A stretch of DNA of 64,000 nt from NCBI GenBank assembly GCA_964016885.1, contig OZ024741.1, forward strand, positions 101,928,001-101,992,000, written 5' to 3'. Below, in pieces: positions 13,966-29,327 of this stretch (its first letter is position 1; every line of letters starts with the position of its first letter). The DNA comes from Eledone cirrhosa. Its lineage: Eukaryota. The notes beneath the pieces were generated by a model, which was given only the letters and a program-made list of their open reading frames with translations, was not told the DNA's origin and made no database searches. The position numbers and the translations under genes were made by a program.

Positions 13966-14559
13966 GCGTGTGTGTGTGCGTGTGTGCGTGCGTGTGTGTG
14001 TGTATTCGTGTTTGTGTGTGTGTGTATATATGAGTGTCTGTATGTGTGCGTGTGTATGTAAGTATGTATTTATGCGAGAGGACTAGGAAATATCCAGTTT
14101 GGTGCGCGTTTAGCCTAATGTGTGTGAGAGACACCCCTCCCTAGTTCTTGTTAGGACTCATTCTTGGAGAAAGGAAACCTGCGACTAGATAGCAGTCAAT
14201 GATATTGACCTGTTCTTTTTGGATACCCGTCAATTTTGTCCAGAGGGTAGGATTGGTCACATGCAGAGGGTAGGACTGGCCTTTCGTCTTTAAAAAAAAA
14301 GCACAGACATCACTTAATATAGACATGTTGCATGAGTATGGCTTGTCGTAGCCGAAAAAGATTTTTTTCGTTTGGCGCAGCAGCATTTGCAGAAAGGAAT
14401 TTAAGTCCTTGGCAGGGCTAAAATGTCATGTTGGTGTCACCATCATGTGTGTATGTATGTATGTATGTATGTATGTATGTATGTATGTATGTATGTATGT
14501 ATGTATGTATGTATGTATGTTTTCTCTTTCTCTTAATTTCGAGTATATTTTTTTGACCG

Positions 14560-15200
14560 GCCACCTTCCTGGTGGCAAGGTTGTAAAAGAAAAGAAATTG
14601 TCATCCCTTGAATCGCAAGAATGTTTTGCAAATTTTGAAGGTGCCAGCTATCGCAGCCATTTGTAGACTATGAATTAGGTAGCTGCGCTTTTTGTCCGCA
14701 AATCCAAGTTCAGTCATACTTTGGTCCAAGCGGGTTGGTATATAACCCGTAGCACCAATAATGATGGGTATGAAGCTAAAGGTGTATCTTGGATACTGGA
14801 TTTGTAAACTCCTCATCAATGGTCCGTAGATGTCCTCCTTCTCCTGTATTTTTCTGACAACGTTTACATCAAGTGGGCAGCTGATCTCCACAACAGAACA
14901 CGTTTTCAATGTGTGGTCCCAAACTACAATATCAGGCCGGTTGTGCTTTAATTTGGTGGCAGTTTTTATTTTCAGGTTCCACCAGTATTCCTTAGTGCCA
15001 TCTGTCTCAATATATTCTTCCTCGTTTGTTGTTAATTTTGTTTTCCGAAGTGCATTCCAGATGGTTCTAGCTATCCCATCATGTCTCATGGGAAGGTAGT
15101 AGCGAGATGACATTCTTTCGCAGCTGGCAACAATGTGGCTTACATACTCGATCTTTGTTTTACATAGCCTACATTTATTGTCAGCTGCTGGCCCTCCTCT
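14560..15200 (-). mobile_element. R4/Dong-like non-LTR 3' fragment (restriction-like endonuclease)
   Basis: SC..MSSRYYLPMRHD, HNRPDIVVWD, VEISCP, IPIIIGATG; flanked by (TATG)n. Confidence 0.85.
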
Positions 15201-15265
15201 TTGTATGTATGTATGTATGTATGTATGTATGTATGTATGTATGTATGTATGTATGTATGTATGTA

Positions 15266-15460
15266 TGTCGGGTCACTCTTGAGTGCTACTGGCAACATGT
15301 AACCCAGTACAACCTGTCGCATGTTCGGGTCGTCGGCGACTAAATCGGCAACCCCACCAAGTTTACTTGGTGAGGAGGGTGCTTTTGGACACCCTTCAGG
15401 ACAAAAAACAAAACCTGACAAAGGGCGGAAGAACTCATAAGAGTCAACGGCCATCCAAAA
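15266..15460 (-). mobile_element. Non-autonomous retro-repeat with (TACA)n tail
   Basis: Homologous to 12167-12348. Confidence 0.6.
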
Positions 15461-15494
15461 GTGTGTAAATATATATATATATATATATACACAT

Positions 15495-15852
15495 GTACCG
15501 CGCGGTTAAACCACTGGGAGTGAAGGACCCCTAGCCTTTGTCAGGGCATTCTTCTAGGAGAAGCAACTCAGAAAACTGGGATAACTCCTATATAAAACCT
15601 GCGGCTCAGTAGTTACCGAAGATGTTGATTTCTTCTTCTTTTCGGGTTATAGCTACTGTCGCTCAGAGAGTGGGATTGGCTCAGTGCACAGTCTTTCCTC
15701 ACTTTAAAAAATATCTTTACTCACAGGCATTGCACGATAGAATTAGTTAATTAATAATAGTATATCGTGCACGATAGAATTAGTTAATTAATAATAGTAT
15801 ATCGTGCAATGGCCATACTCGATAACGAGGGGACAGCCATCATGTATGTATG
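15495..15852 (+). mobile_element. Bipartite non-autonomous RTE derivative (5'UTR fused to 3' tail)
   Basis: 15532-15737 matches RTE 5'UTR 55821-56028; 15803-15852 matches RTE tail 60023-60070. Confidence 0.9.
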
Positions 15853-17440
15853 CATGTTTACCTCTCTCTCTCTCTATTAAACACCCATACACATGCACAC
15901 TCTCTCTCACTATATATATATATATATGTATGGCTTTTAAAATTATTTAAATTTATATTTTCTATTCAACAATGCTTGAAGCAAACTACAACACTATATA
16001 TATTTATATATATAAGGAAAAAAATATGTGTGTAAGTGTGTGTTTGTGTCTGTGTGGGTGGTGGGGGGTGGGGTGGGGTGGTGATGGCTGTCGACTCACT
16101 ATTGAGTATGATCACCATTTGCGACCCTTCCTATTGAACTCAGAATGCAGAGAGCCAGGTCAATGCCAAACCGTGGTACTTTATTGATCGATCCTGGAAG
16201 AATTAACGGCACATCGCCTCGGTGGGATTTATACCCAGAGCGTTGTAAGCCGGAAGAAATATGGAGACATTTAATTCCACGTCCAAACGACACTGACAAT
16301 AAATACATTGCCTGACAACAATACATTTAGAAAATGTTCTATTACTACCACGCATCACACACAATAGCATATGTTAACATGGAATGCGTGTATAGATTCA
16401 CCTTAATAGTAAATGACAACAGGATGCAACGAACTATAAATAGTTAAAGACCATTAGCAACAACAGCGTCATATCAACTAAGGATGGCCGTCAGCACCTT
16501 TCAACATATTTTGTCAATTATTAGAAGAATTGTTAGAACAAGTTAAGAGTGTCACACAAATCATTTTCCCTTTCCCCAACAGAAACAAATGAAATAAAGT
16601 ACATTATTATTTTGACGGTAGCATCAAAACAAATAAATAGTAAAAAGTAAATATAATAATAAAAACACAAAGCAAAGCTACTCTTCTACTACTAAAACAA
16701 AAACCCAAACAATAGTAATAATAGTAGTACTGGTGATGGTGGCTATGCTGGTTTAAGTGATAATGGTGGTAGTTGTATTACTGTTGATGACTGCGGTAGT
16801 TTTGATGGTGTTGGTGATGATTGTGTTAGGGATGATGGTGGTGATGGTGGGTTGTGTTAGTATTGGTGATAGTGATGTTAGTGATGGTGGTGTTAGTAAT
16901 GACAGTGGAGGTTATGATAATGGTGGTGATGTAAGTGATGATGGTGGTGGCGATGTTAGTAGTGTTAATAGTGAAAGCCAAAATCTAGTTTCCTCCAAGA
17001 ATTATTTATTTTTTCTAAGAAATATATAGATAAATACAATACCATTTCCCGACCAATCAATTGTTTGAGAAACCTTTTATCCAGACATACATACAATACA
17101 ATGCAAAATCTTCCGCCATCGTCTTGTATGTAGGCTTCAGCGTGTACTCGTGTGTGGACTTGTGTGTTTACTTGTGTGTTTACTTGTGTGTTTACTTGTG
17201 TGTGCTTGTACGTTTATTAGCGTGTCTCTATGTCATCCTGATTGACTGTCCATCTCTATGAGTGTCTATTTTGGGGTGAATTTGTGTACATTTGTATGTG
17301 TGTGTGTGTGTGTGTGTGTGTTTGAGTGTGTCAGTTTGACCGTCAGCGTGTATGTGTATGTATGCTTGTCTATATATATGCTTATTTGTAAACTTATGTC
17401 TCTTTGACTGTATTCTCACTTCGCTCTGTATATATATATA

Positions 17441-18000
<560 letters not shown>

Positions 18001-18004
18001 ATTG

Positions 18005-18038
<34 letters not shown>

Positions 18039-18919
18039 TCATTTATATATATGTATATACGGTAATATGTAAAGGTAAATATATATATATTTCCGTGAAC
18101 ATTAATAGCAGAAATGTTTGTCTAGAATAGGCCATGATTATATGTTTCTATCCAAAATGGCCGTTATGTTTGTAAGTTATTGGATAGGCAACTATAAAGA
18201 CCTATTGGGACTTCTTTATCCTCCATTGATATATAAATTATTTACAGAATTGATACATCATATTTACCCAGAGATTGGAATATAGTATAGATTTCTTGTT
18301 TTTATTATAGATACGTCTAATTTAAATACGGAATCATTGTCACATACAATGGATGCACACTGGAATTTATATATTTACTTTGTTTTCCTTTTCTCTTGTT
18401 TAGTCATAAGCGCTGCATCTTTTGTTTGTATATATATATAAATTCACTTTTATTACAAACAATAACACTTCATATATAATGTAAAGTAACAACGTGCCGT
18501 GTAGCTAAGTTCTAAACAAACAAAGTGTGTCAATCTGGTTTCGATAGTTAGTAAGAACCACTTCATTTCTATTAACGATGTTTGAAATTGTCTGATAAGT
18601 TTTTCACATTGACATATGTAAGATTACTTTTCTTTCTTTGTAAATTTAATCTTCGTGCCTGTATTATGAAATACAACAGCCACTAAGTATAAATAACTTT
18701 TTCTTCTTTTTCCTACCCTCTTTTTTATTTCTATTCCGACCCCTCCCTCTTCTAACTTCACTCTTTCCCGATGAAGAACTAACGTCCGATACGTTGAGAC
18801 ATACATTCTTTTTCTTTTCCCCACTCGCGTGATATTAATAATATAATAATAATTTGTGTTCTTTTTTAGCCATCAACCCCCACACTCTCTCTTTCAGTAT
18901 CATTATTTTAAACTCCCAA

Positions 18920-19098
18920 GGGCGGTGGATTAGCAGTATCGGTAGAGGGTCGGACGCCATGCTTTCCAGCATAGTTACGTCCCTTTACGATCTGAGTTCA
19001 AATCCCGCCGAGGTTGACTTTGCCTTTCATCCTTACGGGGTCGATAAAATAAAGTACCAGTAATGCACTGGGTAATTGCTGGCCTTGAAACAATTATT
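18920..19098 (+). mobile_element. tRNA-derived SINE, major family
   Basis: Consensus match; flanking repeat aaactccca on both sides. Confidence 0.9.
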
Positions 19099-19400
19099 TA
19101 AAACTCCCAGGGATAACTCGCATCCAAATTGTACACTGTTTATTATAGTTCGATTTATTCTTTAATTGTTTTCAATTTTGTCTTTGCGGGAGCTCTCGTT
19201 GAGTGCTTCATGGCCTATTTTCATTTTTTGTTTTTTCAATTTGAAAAAAAAACGTGCCAACGTGTTCACTGTGAATAGGCAGAGTTAGTTTACCTACCCT
19301 TCCCTGTCACGTGACACTGAAGGTTGAGTTTACTACTGTAATGCCGAAATCAAACCAGGACAATCGGTTGGTAGCTGACCTGTTCCAGAGAGGCTAATTC

Positions 19401-19528
19401 CTCGTTGATGAAGCTGCTCTTAGCCAACTATGCAATGCTTAATAGCATTACCTAATCTCTGTGCACACCAGTTCCATATGCACTACCGGTAGCGGATAGA
19501 GTAGCAGAAACTAATGTATTAGTCCGGG
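19401..19528 (+). ncRNA. Type I hammerhead-like motif with long branched stem II
   Basis: ctcg TTGATGA a gctgctct...agagtagc a GAAA ctaat gt attag TC cggg; C3->U. Confidence 0.65.
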
Positions 19529-19704
19529 TCCAGAAAATTAAATTTTCTACCCACACGAAATCGGTTTTCTCACTATTTAACACATTAGTGTACATTCCGT
19601 GTTCCTTTGGTTTGGCATCTTAATGATACTGACTTAATTAAATTATTGAGTGAATGGGAAAACGACCGAAGGTATATCGGTCTTATTCGAGGACTTCATT
19701 TCAG

Positions 19705-19751
<47 letters not shown>

Positions 19752-19765
19752 TATATGCACATATG

Positions 19766-20064
<299 letters not shown>

Positions 20065-20120
20065 GATTTGGCCGGAGTATCGCTATTAGCTTCCTCCGAT
20101 AATGTATTTATATATATATA

Positions 20121-20178
<58 letters not shown>

Positions 20179-21041
20179 TGCTTTAACCTAAATCGAAATT
20201 ATTTCAATGATAATTATTGAGATAGTTGATGAGGATGGTAGTAATGTTAGTGTTGAATTATATGATATTGTGAAAGGGTTTATATCATGTGCATGCTATA
20301 TTTGTGGATTCAGCAAAGTAATTTAACAAACACACCGGGCCAACGACTTCCTAAAAATAACAGCCAAAATCTTCCTCAAATCACACGTTACCGTCTTACA
20401 ATAGAACACATTAGATCATGTGGTCTTGTGTTCCTCGTACTTAAGAGAAAGACGAGATGGTCACATCTAGAATGCATTTAATTAAATATATGCACGATCA
20501 TACACGACCTGAACTTAAACAAGAACAACAATAACAAAACATTTTTTTCTATTCGTGTCAATTTCTAGTCTCAGTATAATTTATTTTCCTCCACTCCTAA
20601 CTTTTCTTGGAGTCGTGTAATCAGGGCCAGCGGATATGACAGAAAATACTAATGACATTTTTGTATGTCGTTTAATTTTGATCTGAGAATACGATCAATC
20701 CATTCAGTTGTTATTAACATTTGCACATTACTAAACATTACTGTCATGACCTAGTAACAGGAAATAGCCTCCATTTTATGGCCAATTCTCTGTTCTTGGC
20801 TGTGCTTTGTGTTCACTAATATTGTCCCAATGAATAATAAAGTAAAGTGCGTCTTTTAAACAATTTCCCTTATTCCGAGAAGCTGACTGTTATTAACGGC
20901 AGACTCATAAATGAAACAATGATCAAGTTAAATATAGATATAAGAAAGACAACGTCAAAAATAATACATTCGCGCAAACACACACACGCACGTACACACG
21001 CACGTACACACGCACGTACACATGCACACACCCACATACAA

Positions 21042-21121
<80 letters not shown>

Positions 21122-21229
21122 TATCCGCTCAAACTGTTAGAAATAGCTGTCCAGTCTTCTTCTTGATCATCATTGTTTTTTTTTTGCAAGAATATCGATA
21201 TACTTCTCTGAATAAGTGAAATTAATGCG

Positions 21230-21650
21230 TTTTTGCATGTTCCTGAGAGGGTCATGGGGGAGGCATTCCTTCCAGAGGGTCCCACCGAAAGCAACCTTCA
21301 AATGATCCGACTAGATCTCCAAGCCTGTGGGCTACCTCTGGGTCTCCTGTCGGTTGGCTTTGCTTGTAAAATGCTTGCAATTTTTTCCTTAGACATTCTA
21401 ACCACATGTCCGTAATACCGGAACTGATCCCTCAATGCGGAGAAATAACAGCTGTACAAAGAGTAACTTTACTCCAAAACCCTTCGGAGGAACCCCATTT
21501 CGGCTGCTTGTATTCACGATCGTATTCCTTCGGACCTTACAAAAGACTTAGGACCATATGAAATGGTAGGCGCAAACGCCGAATTGAAGCTAGCGAGATT
21601 GGGTTTAACATTTAGCTCTGTCTGATAATCGAGTGCTGAATATGGTGCAT
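21230..21650 (-). mobile_element. Degenerate RTE-clade LINE 3' fragment
   Basis: QFRYYGHVVRMS..RRPRG; related piece at about 54730-54850. Confidence 0.6.
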
Positions 21651-21651
21651 T

Positions 21652-21841
21652 GTGGATTGGCTGTATCGGTAGACGGTCAGACGCTGTGCTTAGCAGGATA
21701 GAATTACGGCCCTTTACGGTTTCAGTTCAAATCCCGCCGAGGTTAACTTTGCCTTTCATCCCTATGGGGTCGATAAAATAAAGCACCAGTAAAGCACTAG
21801 GATAATTTCTGGCCTTGTTCCAAAAATAGAAACAATTATTG
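21652..21841 (+). mobile_element. tRNA-derived SINE, major family
   Basis: Consensus match. Confidence 0.85.
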
Positions 21842-23059
21842 AACCAGTTCCAGCAATTCTTGCTTTTAATTCAGCCTTCTGCCTTCCACCAGTTGTGAAA
21901 ACGACCCTTTATATCCTTGAAATTCGCCACCATCTTCAGTGCAACTCTACTTACACGCTAAGGACAGTGCACAGGCTAGCTCAAGCGGACGAGTGTCTCA
22001 ATCTTCGCAGACTGATTTTCATTCCTTCTGATATAAAAACATACGGGATTTTTATGGCGTGAACGCTTTTAATGTCAGATTCACTTGATCAGAGTTAATC
22101 TGCGCGTGGCCTAGTGGTTTGCGTTTTTGACTCATGATAATAAGGTCATGGGTTCGATTCTTGTACCGGATGGTATGTTGTGTTCTTAAGCTAAATACTA
22201 TATTTCATGTTACTCCTTCTACCAGTTCCGTCAGTAGCAAGAACAACGACGAAAAAATACTATCATACCGACCCCCCACCACACTTGATGATCAAGGAAA
22301 ACAATTTTTAATCTGTGCAAAGGAGACCATTAGTCTCCTATTCTTCCATATCTGGTATATCTTGCAAAATACAATGTGTGTACGTATAGGCCTCATAAAT
22401 GTGTATGTGTGTATGAATGTGTGTTTGTGTGCTTGTGTTTGACTGTTTATGAGTATGTATAAGTATGTGAATATATGGGTGTATGAGTGTGTGAGTGTGT
22501 GAGTACAGGTGTGTTTCTCGTTAGGACTATTTCATTGGTGCCGGCTTCTGTTTCTGTTCTAATTTTCAGTTGTTTTAATAAAAACTGATCTGATTATCAC
22601 ACGTACACTAACATGCATATATATTCACACGCATTCACTCGCACTCACACGCTCAGCCATGCAAACATGCGCCTGCAGACACTCACTGCAATGATAGAAA
22701 TGTTGAAAATAAAATATCAAATAGCAGAATGAATGAATAAATAAATAAGTAAATAAATAAATAGATAATAATAATAATAATTCATCTCATTATTGCATTA
22801 TTTATTTTTTATATATTTTTTCTTTCTTTTCCCTTCATTTCATCTCATTATTGTTTTTTACTTTCTACGTAAATGTAATTTTAACAACACTTCTCGCTCA
22901 GAGAGAAATTAAGGTTTAGCTGTACAGCCGATATGCAAAGTAATTCAACTTTCCATTTCATTTCATCTCATTATTGTACTTTTTTCCATTTTCGTTTTCC
23001 CTCTCTCTATTCTACCATACCATGTGGTGTATTTGGGCTGTTCGACCCCTTTTCGGTTT

Positions 23060-25353
23060 TGAAGTGATATCTGGAGTGTAGGAAAAGACTACAATAGAAG
23101 TGTGGAGTGGCTGACATTGGGGATAACCAACAGTGAGAATTGGAAATAATAACTGATATGGTAATAATCCAATGTGGAAAGATACCAAATTGGAAAGCTT
23201 CCGACAGAGACGGTATGTAAGGCTTCTGGTTGAAAAGGCTGAGGGCCCTTCATAGGAAAATTGCTGAGCAACTGAATAAGGTCTTGAATGGAGAAGAGAG
23301 ATTTCCAGAATGGTTAACCTTAGGAAGAACAATCTTGTGTTTGAAGGACGCCAGCGATGGAAATGTAGTTGACAACTTTAGATCTATCTCTTGCCTCCCC
23401 CTTATGTGGAAACTTATGACAGGTGTCATTGCTGAGGCAATTTATGAATACCTGGAGGAGACACTACCTGCATAGCAGAAGAGATGTAGGAGAAGAAGCA
23501 AGGGGACTAAAGATCAATTGTTGATTGATAAAGTAATAACTAAAGATTGTAAAAGGAGACACAGAAATCTTACCGTGACCTGGATCGATTACTGCAAGGC
23601 TTACGAAATGGTGCCACATAGCTGGATAGTAGAATGTTTGAAAATGTCTGGTATTGCAGTTAATGTTAGACAGTTTCTAGTTGGAAGACTAAGCTAACAT
23701 CATGGAAACAAACATTGGGAGTTGTGAAGATCAAGAGAGGAATATTTCAGAGAAACAATCTTTCACCTTGTTGTTTGTACTGTGTATGGTTCCATTTTCA
23801 TTAGTGTTGAGAAGGTTAAAGGTTAATTACGAGTGAGAAGGACTCAAGTTTAAGATAAACCACCTGCTGTTCATGGATGACCTAAAACTTTATGGGAAAT
23901 CCTATGAACATATTGATTCCCTAGTACAGACAGTTCATACATTCAGTAAGAACATAGGAATGGAATTTGGAATAAAAAAGTGTGCGGTGTTACTACTGAG
24001 CGAAGTAGAATTAATAAGATAGAAGGTAGTGAATTACCAGATGGACAAGTTATGAAGGAAATTGATGACAACAGGTATACGTACTTAGACATCCTGGAAA
24101 CAAAACGAAATGAAAGAGAAGGAAATGAAAGAACTATTATCATAGAAATATAAACGGAGACTGAAGTTGGTGTTAAAGATGAAGGTAAGTGGTATGAATA
24201 AAATACTGGGTTATTCCAGGGCTAAGGTATAGCGCTGGTGTGATAGAGTGGAGATGTGATGAACTTAAGGAGTTTGATAGAAAAACCAGGAAAATGATGA
24301 CACTACAAGGGGCTCTACACCCCAAAAGTGACGTGGACAGATTATATCTAACACAACAAAGAGGAGGAAGAAGCCTCGTTAGCTGTTAAATGTGTGTGAA
24401 GTCGGAGGAAAATGATCTGGCATGGTATTTAAAGAATTCAAAGGAAAGATTGATGGTAGGAGTAAGAAAGATAAGGGTCCTAAAGAGTGATGAAGCAAAG
24501 AGAATTTAAACAAGACAGATAGAATGACATATTGAATAGATGAAAGAAAAAATGTATGGTCAATTCGTACCTGAAATGCTTGAGACAGTTGACAAAAATA
24601 GGAACTGGGAATGGACTAGGAAAAGTGACTTAAAATTTGAAACTGAGGCCCTTATTTTTGCAACCCAAGAATACGTACTGAGAACGAACTATATCAAGTT
24701 TAATATTGACAAGTCAGTGAATTCCCCACTTTGCAGGTTATGTGGTGAGAAAGGTGAGACAATAAACCACATTATTAGTGAATGTAAGATGCTTGTTCAG
24801 AAAGAGTACAAGAGAAGGCACGACAACTTTTCCAGATTGGTTCATTGGTATCTTTGTCATAAGTATGACATGAGCAGATGTGAGAAATGGTATGAACACC
24901 AACCGGAAAGAGTGTCTGAAAATGAGCAGTATAAGATCTTGTAGGACATGACCATCTAGTGTGACATTGTTGTATAAAAGAAGAATAACAAGGTATGTAT
25001 TGTGGATATTGCTTCACTGTAGGACCACAGGGTGAATGAGAAGGACAGTGAGAAAGTAAAGAAATACCAGGAGCTGAAGAAAGAAAACAGGAAACTATGG
25101 AGAAGCAGACATGTAGAAGTGGTACCGATCGTGGTTGGTGCACTTGAAGTAGTTAGTAGAATGTTGGATACATGGCTTGAGAAGCTAAGAATCACTATCA
25201 GGACAGGATTGTTGCAGAAAACAGCTTTGCTGGGAACAGCAAGAATTCTAAGAAGGGTCTTGGAAAGTTGAAGGAGAAGGAATGATCCAAAGGACCTTAG
25301 TGTCGGTATAACATCTGCCAGAACAAAAACGTTACCAATAATAATAATAATAA
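23060..25353 (+). mobile_element. R4/Dong-like non-LTR retrotransposon, 5'-truncated and degenerate (RT + CCHC + RLE)
   Basis: [78 protein letters not shown]; (TAA)n tail. Confidence 0.92.
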
Positions 25354-25399
25354 TGTTTTCTTTATTAGCCATACAGGCCTCACATTAAGAAACCTTTCA

Positions 25400-26030
25400 G
25401 GACGGTACATGACGGTACAATGTGGGTTTTAATGTGTAAAATATCTTTCAAACAAACAAGGAAACAATGAAAAATATACGAAATATATTCCCTAATAGTG
25501 AAGGACATCCAGGGCTTACTCGTGGAGAAAGTTCACAAAAGGCCACGGTTACTCTGACGGCTAGGGCAAGTGTCCTCTCTCAGTTGACCTCCTCCAATCT
25601 ACAGGTACACACTCAGAACAGGCCCATTCATTCGGGCCACACTCTCATTGACCTTTCAAGAAATTAGTTGGAATGTAGTACTTCTCTCTTCACCTTGATA
25701 TTCCTCGTCAAGTGAAACTTGAAAAAGTCAATCAGGGATCCGAAGAAGAAAGTGTTTGTTCCAACCCTTTCAAATGTGTGCATCACACATTCTATTTCAT
25801 CATAGCTATCAGGTAGATAAAAACTGCCTACCCTTCTCGGCTAAAGGATGGTGGTGGAGCAATCTTCATGATGGACTCGGCTGATAGCCGGATCCATCCT
25901 ACACGTGATAGTTGTTCGACATAATCCCACAAATCAGCAATACACGGACACAGGACGAGTGATGTAAGATGGTTTCGTCATTCTGTGCCTATCTTGGACA
26001 GGCCCGACTGCCGGCACTTCCATGCATGTA
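25400..26030 (-). mobile_element. L1/Tx1-like LINE 3' fragment
   Basis: Reverse-complement homology to 31790-32260. Confidence 0.65.
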
Positions 26031-26039
26031 GAGTTGATA

Positions 26040-26320
26040 ATAATAATATATCACAGGAATGTTTATAGAATATAGGATGTAGTATATAATACGAGGCTTT
26101 ATAAATTGTAATGTATCATAGGGGGCTTATAGGATATAACATACTACAGGAACGTTTATAAGATATATTTACCATAGGGAAGTTTGTTGGATATAGGATG
26201 TAATATACCAGAGGAGCAATTTTAAGATGTAATATGTCGTAGGGATGTTTATAGAAAGTAATATATCATAGGAGAGTTTACAGAATATAATATACAACAG
26301 GGAAGATTGTAGATTGTCAA
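26040..26320. repeat. Degenerate minisatellite, unit about 33 bp
   Basis: Recurring atatcatagg..tttatagaatataggatgta. Confidence 0.7.
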
Positions 26321-27134
26321 TGGATTTGCTTTCCATGTGAAGTGGAAGTTTTAACATTTCGAACTTTTACCTTTCCTTAGAGAGTAGAGAAAGGCGTAGA
26401 TGGTGTTTTACTTGTAGCCAAGAAAGAAAATTGTCCTAGTCTGACATTCTACCATTGCCGCCACCCCATTATTCATCTATATTTACAGATATGATGTCTA
26501 AAACAGGCAAAAGGTCCCACATTAAGCTGAGTGGAGCATATAGTCAATTATTTTGACACCAGAGCTTAATTGACACTTACTATAGCAAGATAAGATAAAA
26601 TGTAATGTGGACCTCGGCAAGAGTTTGAAGCCAGAAAATAAATATATAATCGTTTCTAACATATACACAAGGTCACAAGTTTGGACGGAAAGATATTTGG
26701 CTGGTATTATTTTTATCGATCTCGGGAAAGTGAAAGGCGTAGTATACTACTTAGAATGTTAAGAGCCATAATAAATACTCCAGGTTATTTAATTTGACGA
26801 TCTAACGATTCTCATAGGCTTAATACTTTCTTTTGAATTATTCTTTTCAGTTTTTACTTTATAAACTAATAAACAGTATATATACTTCAATTCAGTCACT
26901 ATATACAACATCGAGTGAATCAACATGTAGCCGTACAACGCGATTTTAATGCTAACAAACTTATATGTATTTATTATATTATATATTTCATTATCGTATT
27001 TCTTATATTTTTAGAAATAATTGAATTTCAGTAATCATTTTTGTGTAAGAAATATTTCTGACTAAATTAGATAGAATATGACTTGGGGGTGTAGGTTGTG
27101 TAAATCAGAAAGTTAAATTTAAACATATGTATTT

Positions 27135-27201
<67 letters not shown>

Positions 27202-27584
27202 ACGCGCACACACGAGACACATACACACACACGCACACACACACACACTCACACACACACAGAGACACACAGACACACGCACACACATGAGACACATGCA
27301 CACACACACACGCACACACACAAACATACGCCCACAATACACACACGCACACATACACATATATATATAGGAAAAATAGGGTTTTAAAATGAAATGACTG
27401 GCCTTTTGGTTATTTAGAACAAGCAACGAACAAGTAACAGGTAAATAAACGTATAAATAAATAAATAAATAAACACACACACTCATACACCCGGATATAA
27501 CGCATACGCAACCCACTTAAACAGCACACGGCACACAAAAACAAGATGGTGTAGGACAGAACAAAGGGGAGACACAAAATAACA

Positions 27585-27757
27585 AATTAGTTACTGAGGT
27601 GGTTACAGAATGTGTGACGAAAGAGCTTTGACAATAAACAAACAACGATCCGGTTATTAAACCAACCATCTAGAAATTTGTAATAAATTGAAGTAAAAAC
27701 AAGCAGGTGCGTGTGTTTTTGTTGGCAGCATGACCATCCCAAAGTATAACAATATAT
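27585..27757 (-). mobile_element. Fragment of the 17441-17906 Helitron-like family
   Basis: cagaatgtgtgacgaaagagctttgacaat...catgaccatcccaaagtataacaat is shared. Confidence 0.7.
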
Positions 27758-27758
27758 A

Positions 27759-29327
27759 AGATGGTTCAATAACATTAGGGACAAAAACAAATCTTCTTTT
27801 ATTCAATTCGATATAGATGAATACTATTCCTCTATTTCACCCGAAACCCTGCATAAGGCCCTCTCTTTCGCTAAGACTAACTCGGACCTCACAAACGAGG
27901 AAATTAATATTATACTTGAAGCTAGACGTACAGTAGTGCACTTTGAAAATAGTTATTGGGTCCGCAGAGATAGACCCTCGGAATTCGACATTACGATGGG
28001 TTCTAATGATTCGGCGGAGGTCACGGATCTGGTTGGGATCTATATAGCCCACAGACTCCAGAGCGAATTTACGGACCTCCACGGCGGAATATACCGCGAC
28101 GATACACTTCTATTAGTCAAGAATATGAACAAACAAAACCTAGAAAGGCGACGTAAAAACATTAGGAAACTTTTCTTAGAACTAGGGCTTAATATTACCT
28201 TCGAACACAATCTTAAGGTGGTCAACTTCTTGGATGTCACCTTCAACCTTAATAACGGTAATATAGAGCCATTTCACAAACTTAATGAAAATCTCAAGTA
28301 CGTTAATGTAAAATCGAACCATCCCCATTCCATTATTAAATCTATCCCTAAAAATATATCCATAAGGATCTCCCGACTGTCGTCTAATTTGCAGACCTTC
28401 AACGAGCATGCTGAATATTATAATGACGCACTTAGAAAAGCTGGTTTCTGCGAGAAAATAGAATATCTAGACGATAACCACATAAGTACTATGAATAAAA
28501 CACATCTAAGTCGAACTAATATTGCACCACACACACACATCAATAGGCATACTAATAGGTGCAAACCAGCAAATAGAGTCAGACGTAGAGAGTACATATG
28601 GTATAACCCCGTGTACGATACTTCTATTAGCACTAAGATTATCTCACAATTCTATACACTAATCAATAAACACTTTACAACTTCACATAAATACTATAAA
28701 ATCTTTAACTCGCGCACCATTAGACTCTCATACTCCACTGCACCTAACATAGAACAACTAATTAAAAAACTCAACTCAGCAATACTAAATAAGTACATCC
28801 CTAATGACTCAGCGCACCAGCATAGCAACATACAACGCACTAACACGCAACTACAACCCCACCAAACTATCCAGGATTCTACTGAAAAACATAAAAATAA
28901 TTGTAACTGCACCAAACCAGGTACGTGCCCACTGAATAACCAGTGCCTAGCACGCAATATTGTCTACCGATGTACAATAAATTCCGGAACCAACAAATGG
29001 TATTACGTCGGATGTACCGCAACTTCTTTCAAAGCTCGCCTATACCAACATCGATCTTCGATCAGGCACGAGAAAATGCGCTCCGTAAAAACCCTCGCCG
29101 ATAAAGCCTGGCAGCTCCGGAAGAACAATGAAGCATTCTCCCTTGATTGGCAAATTATTACAGCTGCGCCTGCATATAAGCAAAATCATCGATTCTGCAA
29201 ATTATGCAATTTGGAGATATACTGCATTTTAACGTCGGTAAACAAACTTTTGAACAGCAAAATTGAACGTTCACTATACTGTAACCATCGTTTGAAAACG
29301 ACTTTTTCTTTTTTTAAATGCATATAA
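27759..29327 (+). pseudogene. PLE RT + GIY-YIG; frame open throughout but N-terminus missing
   Basis: WFNNI..FIQFDI..MGSNDSAEVTDL..YRDDTL..CNCTKPGTCPL..IVYRC..YVGCT..FKAR..CKLCNLE. Confidence 0.9.

Noticed and set aside
26040-26320. CRISPR-like periodicity
   Set aside because: Degenerate tandem repeat with no unique spacers, in a eukaryotic context.
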